64,000 nucleotides of DNA, from NCBI GenBank assembly GCA_040791665.1, contig JBFNNX010000026.1, positions 49,435 to 113,434 of the forward strand. Direction: 5' to 3'. Under the pieces are notes generated by a model that was not told the origin of the DNA, did no database searches, and saw only the letters and a program-made list of their open reading frames with translations. This document shows positions 56,163 through 64,000 of the stretch, piece by piece (the stretch's first letter is position 1; every line of letters begins with the position of its first letter). Source of the stretch: Candidatus Thiodiazotropha sp. (GTDB taxonomy: Bacteria; Pseudomonadota; Gammaproteobacteria; Chromatiales; Chromatiaceae). Both the position numbers and the translations under genes were made by a program.

Positions 56163-57614
56163 ATGAAGCGGGATCTATCCACAATAATTCTTATTCTCTT
56201 CTGTTTGCTATCGATGAACCTGAGTGCACAGCAGGGAGGCATAGAAAGCCTGCGCCAAACCGGTAAGGCCTTTGCCTCCGTGGCGCAAAAAGTCTCTCCA
56301 TCCGTCGTTTTCATTCAGGTCGAGACGGTCAGGGAGGGTGCGCCAAGCAAAGAATATTCCCCTTTCGGTTCGCCGTTTGGCGATGATCTGTTCCGGCGTT
56401 TCTTCGGCCCGCAATTTCCCAGTGTGCCGGGGCAACAACAGAAACCGCGCAGGCATCGTTCGGTAGGGCAGGGATCGGGGTTTGTCTTTTCCCACGACAA
56501 AGGGCTGTTTTCGAACAAGACCTATGTCATGACCAACAATCATGTTGTTGAAGGAGCGGACAGGATAACCGTCAAATTCAAGGACGGTCATGAGTTTTCC
56601 GCAGAGATTAAGGGCAGTGATCCGAAATCTGATATCGCAGTCTTGGAGATAGAAGCCGAAAACATATCAGCACTCACCTTAGGCGATTCCAACGGGCTTG
56701 AGGTTGGAGAGTGGGTGTTGGCATTCGGCAATCCATTCGGTCTCAGCCATACCATGACTGCCGGGATTGTCAGTGCAAAAGGGCGTACAAGTCTCGGCAT
56801 CAGTGATTACGAAGATTTCATTCAGACCGATGCCGCCATCAATCCCGGAAACTCGGGCGGGCCACTTGTGAACCTGGATGGCGAGGTTGTCGGTATCAAC
56901 ACGGCGATATTCAGTCGCAGCGGTGGCTACATGGGCGTGGGTTTTGCCATACCCATCAACATGGCAAAAGGCATTGCCAATCAACTTCTCGATAAAGGGG
57001 AGGTAACCCGAGGTTTTCTCGGTATCATGATCCAACCCCTGACACCTGAATTGGCTGAATCCTTTGGTACAAAGTATCAAAAAGGCATTCTTGTGGCAGA
57101 GGTTTCAGAGGATTCACCTGCGGACTGGGCTGGACTCAAGCAGGGTGATTTGATCTACAAACTTGACGGAAAGGATGTTGGCAGCGTCGGCGATTTTAGA
57201 AACCGCATATCATTGACCTCACCCGGCAGCAAGGTGGATTTGGAGATCATACGAAATGGCAAGCCCAAAGCCATTGAGGTGGCAGTTGGTGAACTGAGCG
57301 ATCAATCAGTAGCCGGATCGAACACAAAGACCACAGAGGAACTGGGGCTCACTGTACAGACCCTGAACAAAGAATTGGCAGAATCCTTTGGCGCCAATGC
57401 CACACAGGGCGTTGTTGTTACCAATGTCTCGCCGGGTTCAATTGCGGCAATGGCCGGGATTGATGCAGGAACGGTAATTACGCAGGTCAATCGTAATCCC
57501 GTAAGAAGTGCCGGGGAGTTCGAGAAACGGGTCAACGAAGGGCGCAGTCAGCGTCAGGTCTTACTCCTGGTAACCAAAGGAGGCATGTCACGATTTGTTG
57601 TGCTTCGCTGGTGA
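56163..57614 (+). CDS. degQ: DegP/DegQ (HtrA) serine endoprotease with two PDZ domains
   Basis: GQGSGF, TNNHVV, SDIAVL, QTDAAINPGNSGGPL. Confidence 0.93.
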   Translation: MKRDLSTIILILFCLLSMNLSAQQGGIESLRQTGKAFASVAQKVSPSVVFIQVETVREGAPSKEYSPFGSPFGDDLFRRFFGPQFPSVPGQQQKPRRHRSVGQGSGFVFSHDKGLFSNKTYVMTNNHVVEGADRITVKFKDGHEFSAEIKGSDPKSDIAVLEIEAENISALTLGDSNGLEVGEWVLAFGNPFGLSHTMTAGIVSAKGRTSLGISDYEDFIQTDAAINPGNSGGPLVNLDGEVVGINTAIFSRSGGYMGVGFAIPINMAKGIANQLLDKGEVTRGFLGIMIQPLTPELAESFGTKYQKGILVAEVSEDSPADWAGLKQGDLIYKLDGKDVGSVGDFRNRISLTSPGSKVDLEIIRNGKPKAIEVAVGELSDQSVAGSNTKTTEELGLTVQTLNKELAESFGANATQGVVVTNVSPGSIAAMAGIDAGTVITQVNRNPVRSAGEFEKRVNEGRSQRQVLLLVTKGGMSRFVVLRW

Positions 57615-57790
57615 TCCAGCTCGATATCAGCCGGGCCTTTTTTAGGGCCTGGTTTTGATATCGTCACCGGGAATACTTTTCCTGCACTATTATCAATCGG
57701 GCATCTTGTTTCGGAATGAAATTCCGAAAGTGTCGAGATGGTTTACAAGTTATTTAATCAACGATAGCTAACCTTCTGATTTTTATGGCA

Positions 57791-57807
57791 TGGCATAATT
57801 TCTGCTT
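57791..57807 (+). promoter_or_regulatory. Sigma-54 (-24/-12) promoter
   Basis: TGGCATAATTTCTGCTT has GG-N10-GC, about 145 bp before ATG 57952. Confidence 0.6.
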
Positions 57808-57951
57808 AAATACTGGCAAGCGCGGTTCGATACTTATGAAGATACGCACAGCTGGGGATTGCTAGCTAATTGGGAATATACGTTTAATTCTTATTGTGGC
57901 TGGGTAAATGCAATCACTCCACAGACAATATAGAAAATCAGGCAGTGAATC

Positions 57952-58269
57952 ATGAACGGTTTAGAATCTTTTTCTCTTTCCAGAAAGAAAGATTGCGAAT
58001 ACTACATACAGAAGATTGCGGAACATACTCCGCCTGAATCTGAGAGTGATGAGCGTATGATTCGAATCTATCAACGTATACTCATCAGGGATCGTTCTCT
58101 GCTGTACAACCTGGATCTGCTCAAGATGATCGAAGCTATGCGTAAGGATTCCACGGTGGAACTGGATGTGGCCGGCACATCATCCAATCTGTCCGAATCT
58201 CCAACCTCGCTGAATCTAGACGAGTTCAGAGCATTACTTGATGAAACTCAGAACAGCTTGAACAGTTAA
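57952..58269 (+). CDS. Hypothetical small helical protein
   Basis: 105-aa ORF downstream of a sigma-54 motif; no family recognised. Confidence 0.55.
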   Translation: MNGLESFSLSRKKDCEYYIQKIAEHTPPESESDERMIRIYQRILIRDRSLLYNLDLLKMIEAMRKDSTVELDVAGTSSNLSESPTSLNLDEFRALLDETQNSLNS

Positions 58270-58311
58270 GGCATGTAGACAGCCTTGTCAAACGCAAAGG
58301 TTACCGGGATT

Positions 58312-59481
58312 TCATCGTGCGTCGTGCGATGCAATATCGCCGCACTCTCTTTCCAGACCTTCCTCCAGATATGTAATGAGTAGCTTCATCAGTGCCACGG
58401 TCTTTTGGTCTATCCTTGGATCCTCTGCAAAAAAGTGATCGCTTCCCAATGCCACGATCGTCAGGCTGTTCGGTGCAATTGCATCAGTTATTAGCGTTAA
58501 ACCATCATTTGGCCCTTCAGATCTCAGTATTGGATAATTATCGACAGAGTATCGACTGATTTGTCCGGAGAGGGGGATGCCTATGTAGTTAATGACTAAT
58601 ATATCAGGATCTACTTGCAGGCGGGCATACCGTTTTCTGCTTTGCCTGGTACCCATGCTCAATATTGCCTGTTTGTCCCAGCCTTTGTGCCAAGTGGCAA
58701 AAGTCAATAACCAGTGCCGGTACCACACTTGATAATGATCAACAATTGGGCTTCCCTGAAGAATGCCACCCAGATTGAGCCAGGCCGCGATACGGCCTTG
58801 CTGCTGATTTGCAAACAGATTACTGAGTGCCAGATGAATCGCCGGTCCGGCAGAACTTGCACCTACCAGAATTAATTTTTTGTTGGAGGGGATATGCCTC
58901 GAGATATCCGCCGCTAAAACCGCCGCATTCTCCTCCACACCGCCGGTGGGTGGTAATTTGACAAAGTAGTTCTCAAGACCGAACTCGTTGGCTAGTTCGC
59001 GAGGTCTTGCAAAATCCGCTCCGGTAAAGTGCCCGGTCTCCGCGTAGTCCCATCCGGGTACGAACAACACTCGATATGCAGAGATGTCCGTATTTATTGC
59101 GGTCTCGTTATTGAGGTGTTTAGCGAAGGCTTGATTGATCTCTCTATTGCATTTGTCATTCAAAAGACGATCCGCAAGGAACAGTGCCGCGAAGTCGACG
59201 GAATAGTGTTGTGATATTGTTTTCAGTTCATCGCGCGATGGAACGGATTGACTGGTCCGGCTGTAAAGAGATGATATCTTGTTATCCATCTCCCTGTTTT
59301 TATTATCAGCAAAGTGATAATTTTCCAGGTAGTGACGTGCTATCTCAGAATCCACAGTGGTATCAACAGGTTCCCCGAAAAACTCACCAGCTACGGGAAT
59401 CGCCGGAATGGAACCGCAGGCTCCAAGGTATAGGCACGCTATCAGGGCAAGTGATTTGATCATGGCTTCAGCGATATACAA
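58312..59481 (-). CDS. Probable lipoprotein with alpha/beta-hydrolase fold
   Basis: LGAC lipobox, LFVPG, nucleophile elbow LVGASSAG, NDG, SDH. Confidence 0.65.
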   Translation of the reverse strand: MYIAEAMIKSLALIACLYLGACGSIPAIPVAGEFFGEPVDTTVDSEIARHYLENYHFADNKNREMDNKISSLYSRTSQSVPSRDELKTISQHYSVDFAALFLADRLLNDKCNREINQAFAKHLNNETAINTDISAYRVLFVPGWDYAETGHFTGADFARPRELANEFGLENYFVKLPPTGGVEENAAVLAADISRHIPSNKKLILVGASSAGPAIHLALSNLFANQQQGRIAAWLNLGGILQGSPIVDHYQVWYRHWLLTFATWHKGWDKQAILSMGTRQSRKRYARLQVDPDILVINYIGIPLSGQISRYSVDNYPILRSEGPNDGLTLITDAIAPNSLTIVALGSDHFFAEDPRIDQKTVALMKLLITYLEEGLERECGDIASHDAR

Positions 59482-59727
59482 ATAAAGATCACCTGGAGGT
59501 GTAGAAGGAGTAACAATCTCTCTATCTCATAGATTATAAGGCAGAAAAAGTGATATAAAGAGGTTTTAAATTAATATGGCGACACAAGAGGTCTCGCCGT
59601 TATATCTGCTGTCTCATTGCTTAAAAGATTTGGATGGGAACACAGTCAGTTAATACCCTGGCTGACTATACCTGTATTGGTTCAACTGCTGGACGCGGTG
59701 ATCCGATAAAATTATCGGAGGCGGGGC

Positions 59728-60852
59728 ATGAACAACATGCTTTCATCGGGATTGCCTGAAAAGGCAACTCCATTTAATTCTAGGCTAGGCCCCGATCTGC
59801 ATGAAGAGTTGATAAATAAAATTTATGTGATTGGCGGTGTCTTGGCGTCGATCCTGCTCGTCTTTCCTCTCATGCGTGCATTCGAGACCGGTTGGCTCGA
59901 TATCTATGCCGTGCATATCGCCAGCTACGTATTGATCGTTGGAGTCGTTATGGGGCGTCGGCGTCTACCCACCGGCTTCAAGATCAATACGATTGTTCTG
60001 CTCAGCCTGGTGAATGCCATGGCTGGGTATCAAGCGTTTGGGTTGATGGCGGGTAGCGTGTTTTCCCTCCCGATCGCAGGCATACTTCTCGGGTTGTTCA
60101 GCGATCGCAGACTGTTTGTATTGTTCGGCGTGATATGTCTCACTGACCTGATGCTACTGGCCTGGGCTTTTACCACCGGAGTTTTCGAGCCTGCGGTCAA
60201 TCCTAAGTATCTCATGAACTCAGCATCCCACTGGTTGACTTATGGGGTGGGAATGACATTTTTTCTGTTGATTAGCATGGTGACACTACAAAGCTATCGA
60301 CAAACGATGCAGGATTTGGTCAGGCAGATTGAAATTCAACGTGATGAAATCACCCAGTTAGCGAACTATGACACACTGACCGGCCTGCCCACACTCCGAT
60401 TGGCGCAAGATCGGCTTGAAATGACCTTGCATCGTGCAAGACGTACACGCTCTCATGCCGCTGTTCTGTTCATTGACCTCGACAATTTCAAACAAGTCAA
60501 CGACAACTATGGTCATGATGCCGGTGACTACTGTCTTAAACAGACAGGTCAGCGCATGATTGGGGTGATTAGGTCCGAAGATACTGTGGCACGGATTGGT
60601 GGTGATGAATTCCTGGTGATTGTCGATGCCTTATCTGCCCCCCAACAGGCCGAATTGCTGGCAGAAAAACTGCTGAGTTCTATCGCTGAACCGATCGAAT
60701 GGAAAGATGCGAAATTCAGTATATCGGGTAGTGTGGGCATATCTCTGTTTCCGGAGCATGGCGATACACCAGCTGAGTTACGCTGCAAAGCCGATCAGGC
60801 CATGTACAAGGCCAAGAACAAGCGAAAAGGCTGTTTTGCCTGGGCTGTATAG
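59728..60852 (+). CDS. Membrane diguanylate cyclase
   Basis: About five TM segments, DTLTGLP, FIDLDNFKQVND, RIGGDEF. Confidence 0.92.
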   Translation: MNNMLSSGLPEKATPFNSRLGPDLHEELINKIYVIGGVLASILLVFPLMRAFETGWLDIYAVHIASYVLIVGVVMGRRRLPTGFKINTIVLLSLVNAMAGYQAFGLMAGSVFSLPIAGILLGLFSDRRLFVLFGVICLTDLMLLAWAFTTGVFEPAVNPKYLMNSASHWLTYGVGMTFFLLISMVTLQSYRQTMQDLVRQIEIQRDEITQLANYDTLTGLPTLRLAQDRLEMTLHRARRTRSHAAVLFIDLDNFKQVNDNYGHDAGDYCLKQTGQRMIGVIRSEDTVARIGGDEFLVIVDALSAPQQAELLAEKLLSSIAEPIEWKDAKFSISGSVGISLFPEHGDTPAELRCKADQAMYKAKNKRKGCFAWAV

Positions 60853-60911
60853 CAGACTATTCCTGCTTATCATATTTTATCAGAGCCTGTTGATTTCTAT
60901 TGGATAAGGCG

Positions 60912-61401
60912 TCACCACATTGTGAGCGCCAGTTTGCTTTGCGCATATGCTTCCATGTCTGACGTCGGGATATCTCCAGCCAGCGCTTTGAGGTCGACCG
61001 GAGATTGTGCGGCTGAGGAGAGATTGATTACACGTCCGGACGATCCAAGCAGCGGTAACAGTCTTTGCGCCAGCAGGAAGGGGGCAATCGTATTCACAGC
61101 GAAGCGTACATCCAACCCGTCCCGGGTGATTGTCTCAGACGTACGTAAGATACCGGCATTGTTGATCAGCACATCGAGTTGTGCATGGTGTTCAGCGACT
61201 GCCTTCGCAAGCGCCTCTACCTCGTCCATGCGCAACAGGTCAGCGACAATGCCCTGAATGTGCCCAACGTCCGAAAGGGCGGTGAGTTTGTTTACCGTTT
61301 CATCAAGCTTTGCAGGATTGTGTCCGTGCAACAATACATGGTGTCCCAGCGAGACCAGCATTCTGGCAGCTTCCAATCCTATGCCATCGGTCGAACCGGT
61401 A
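60912..61401 (-). pseudogene. SDR oxidoreductase remnant truncated at both ends
   Basis: VTGSTDGIG, INNAG, RFAVN, NLSS and YAQSK are present. The frame stops right after ALTMW and has no native start. Confidence 0.8.
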
Positions 61402-61455
61402 ACCGGACTCCAGCTCCCGGTGAGCTGTCTTCAGGTTGTCGGCATTGATCCTGCC
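61402..61455 (-). pseudogene. Short remnant of a zinc-binding alcohol dehydrogenase / quinone reductase-like C-terminus
   Basis: Minus strand reads GRINADNLKTAHRELESG, resembling the INAxNLxxAHxxLESG terminus of that family. Confidence 0.5.
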
Positions 61456-61687
61456 TCGACATGTCCGCTGATTTGCTCTCGGGAAATGTTACATTTAAAG
61501 AGAAGTGTACAGGTATTCTGAATCGTCTGGCTCAAGAAGGCATTATAGCTGACAGTGATCTCCCCTAGATTTTGGATCTCTTTTGGCTTTAGCTGGTACA
61601 GAACAAATTGATTTGTACTTGTGTCGCATATGAATGTAAAAATAGCGTGATTGGTACTTTATCAGCCATGAGCAGCCACAATTAATA

Positions 61688-63937
61688 ATGTCGATTGATA
61701 ACAATCAGTTACAGCATAAAATAACTGCTGAACATGAACTATTTCTCCGTGAAGAGCGTCTTTCACTAGCGTTGAAAGGGGCAAATGACGGGTTGTGGGA
61801 CTGGAATCTGGAGACAGACGAAGTCTACTACTCACCCCGGTGGAAAAGCATGCTCGGCTATGAAGAGGATGAGCTTGCACATCATCTGGATACTTGGGCA
61901 AGTCTGGTTCACCCGGACGATAAGGATAGGGTCTTAAAAACGGTTGAAGATCATCTGTCCGGTAACGCAGATTCATTTGAAGTTGAAATGCGTATGCGAC
62001 ACAAGGATGGCCATGAAGTCGTGGTGTTGTCCCGTGCGTTTCTCGTAAATCGTGCATCTGACGGTAAAGCGATGCGATTGGTGGGGACCCATGTCGATAT
62101 CACGGATCGTAAAAAGACCGAATCTTACTTAGCAAAGAATGCTGAAGTCCTGGAGATGATCGCAACAGGAAAACCAGCACCGGTGATTTATGACCAGATA
62201 GCGTTGATGTACGAGGGGCGTCATCCCGGCATGCGCTGTTCCATGCTTGAACTGGAGGATGGAAAACTCCTGCATGGCGGAGCACCGAGCCTGCCTAAGG
62301 AGTATTGCGATGCAGTGCATGGCCTGGCGTACGGACCCAGCGTTGGTTCATGCGGTACTTCCACCTATACCGGTCATCGGGTACTTGTGGAGAACATTGA
62401 AACGGATCCCAAGTGGGCGGAAATCAAACATTTTGCCCTGCCACACGGCATGCGCTGTTGCTGGTCCGAACCCATCAAAAACTCCTCGGGAAAAGTGCTG
62501 GGCGCTTTTGGTATGTATTACAACCATCCTGCACTGCCCAATGATGAGGAATTAGAGGATCTGAAATCCGCGGCCCGGCTCGCTGGCATCGTCATGGAGC
62601 GTGACCAAGCCCAAAAACGCATCCGTGAGTTAGCCTATAAGGATGAACTGACCGGGCTTGCCAGTCGTGTGAGCTTTTATCAGCAGCTTGAAGAATCGAT
62701 AAAAGCATCTGACCGCAGTGGGCGACGATTCGCACTTCTGTATGTCGACCTGGATGATTTCAAAGGCGTGAATGACAGTCTTGGGCATGACGCGGGTGAT
62801 CTGCTGCTTAAAGATATCGCCAAGTGTCTGAAGAGTGTCAGCCGGGAGATTGATTTTGTGGCACGTCTCAGCGGTGATGAATTCTGCATCATTGTGAAAG
62901 ACGTGGATGATGACTATGCAGCTGCACATGTGGCTCAACGTTGCCTGGATATGATTTCGGAGCCGATTGAACTGTCCGCCAGAAAATTTACCCCAAGCTG
63001 CAGTATCGGTATCGCCCATTACCCCGATGATGGAGAAGATCTCTCTTCCATGCTGAAGGCTGCCGATACCTCTCTTTACTCTGCCAAGGAGCATGGTAAA
63101 AACCAATATGCTTTCTATAGGCCTGAGCTCACCCATAGAGCCGAGCATCGGTTTCGGGTAGAGCAAGCCCTGAGGGAGGCGGTGGAAAAGCAGCAGTTGT
63201 CTCTTGTCTATCAGCCCCAGATACTGATGCATACCGGTGAAATTATCGGTGTCGAGGCATTGTCACGCTGGAATCACCCGCAGCTGGGGCAGGTTCCCCC
63301 AACGGAGTTCATCGCCACAGCCGAAAGAATCGGCATGATCAAACCGCTCACTGAGTGGGTGTTGCGGACAGCATGCAATCATGCTGTTGCGTGTAGAAAG
63401 GCTGGCATACCTGCAGTCCGGATGGCTGTGAATATATCACCAAGCCATTTTCTCGATAAGGATTTTGTCTTACTGATCAAGCGCGTCATCGAAGAAACAG
63501 GCATGAATCCAATCGAACTGGAATTGGAGGTTACCGAAAATATCGTGCAGACAGATCCAGAAAATCTCACAGTATTTCACGAACTGAAAGATCTTGGTGT
63601 ATTGATAGCGATCGATGATTTCGGCATAGGGTATTCATCTTTTGCATCGCTAAAACATCTCACGGCTGATTACCTGAAGATCGACAGGCACTTTGTTAAT
63701 GACATGCTTTTTGACAAGGAAACACGGCTTCTGATTTCATCCATGATTGATTTGGGCCACAAGTTGGAGCATGGAATCATTGCAGAGGGAGTCGAGACAC
63801 CCGAGCAGTTTGATGTACTCAATAGTCTGGGATGCGACACCGCGCAGGGTTACCTATTCAGCCAGCCAGTCGGCGCTGATGAGATCGTGCGAATTTTGAA
63901 TAGCAATGTTGAGAATGGAAGAAGCATGTGGTCGTAA
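61688..63937 (+). CDS. PAS/PAC-GAF-GGDEF-EAL c-di-GMP enzyme
   Basis: GANDGLWDW (PAS), GSCGT (GAF), RLSGDEF, VEALSRW, IDDFGIGYSS, AEGVET. Confidence 0.93.
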   Translation: MSIDNNQLQHKITAEHELFLREERLSLALKGANDGLWDWNLETDEVYYSPRWKSMLGYEEDELAHHLDTWASLVHPDDKDRVLKTVEDHLSGNADSFEVEMRMRHKDGHEVVVLSRAFLVNRASDGKAMRLVGTHVDITDRKKTESYLAKNAEVLEMIATGKPAPVIYDQIALMYEGRHPGMRCSMLELEDGKLLHGGAPSLPKEYCDAVHGLAYGPSVGSCGTSTYTGHRVLVENIETDPKWAEIKHFALPHGMRCCWSEPIKNSSGKVLGAFGMYYNHPALPNDEELEDLKSAARLAGIVMERDQAQKRIRELAYKDELTGLASRVSFYQQLEESIKASDRSGRRFALLYVDLDDFKGVNDSLGHDAGDLLLKDIAKCLKSVSREIDFVARLSGDEFCIIVKDVDDDYAAAHVAQRCLDMISEPIELSARKFTPSCSIGIAHYPDDGEDLSSMLKAADTSLYSAKEHGKNQYAFYRPELTHRAEHRFRVEQALREAVEKQQLSLVYQPQILMHTGEIIGVEALSRWNHPQLGQVPPTEFIATAERIGMIKPLTEWVLRTACNHAVACRKAGIPAVRMAVNISPSHFLDKDFVLLIKRVIEETGMNPIELELEVTENIVQTDPENLTVFHELKDLGVLIAIDDFGIGYSSFASLKHLTADYLKIDRHFVNDMLFDKETRLLISSMIDLGHKLEHGIIAEGVETPEQFDVLNSLGCDTAQGYLFSQPVGADEIVRILNSNVENGRSMWS

Positions 63938-64000
63938 CTCAACCGGACAAAACGCGTATTCAAAAATAGAAATATATGGATCCCTAACACTTAACATTTG

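Noticed and set aside
1-64000. rRNA, tRNA, prophage or intact IS transposase
   Set aside because: None was recognised. Intergenic gaps are short and show no such signatures, though a covariance-model search was not possible.

Overview
GC-moderate gammaproteobacterial chromosome. The sulfur globule protein, tusA-dsrE2 and gene style suggest a sulfur-oxidising Chromatiales/Sedimenticola/Ca. Thiodiazotropha-like organism (inference, not a database result). In order: the tail of a SCO + cytochrome c/solute-binding-protein cluster, a HisKA_3 kinase with an eroded ATPase domain, and an S8 protease with Calx-beta repeats. Divergent from the protease is an Xps-like type II secretion operon that has no gspG. 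Next come a housekeeping block (LMW-PTP, rne, rluC, HAD, S49), a broken autotransporter, an orphan hypE and a sulfur globule protein. A ~16 kb respiratory island (29.3-45.6 kb) carries 37 heme-binding motifs: NapC-like + HAO-like, a c554-type pentaheme, an octaheme tetrathionate reductase + cytochrome b, and an AioXSR-like three-component regulator. The regulator faces a sigma-54 promoter that drives a 12-heme cytochrome, a TtrB-like 4Fe-4S subunit, a Mo/W-bisMGD enzyme with an unusual CxxCxxxD FS0 motif, and a TorD chaperone. After that are an M28 peptidase, tetR-tusA-dsrE2 with two palindromic operators, a collapsed copA::copB remnant in a copper cluster, two Hsp20 genes, degQ, c-di-GMP enzymes and an ADH::SDR remnant. 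The best candidate for an undescribed system is the XSR-regulated 12-heme/Mo-enzyme operon (35.5-45.6 kb). No rRNA, tRNA, CRISPR array or intact transposase was seen. All family calls come from motif recognition by eye.
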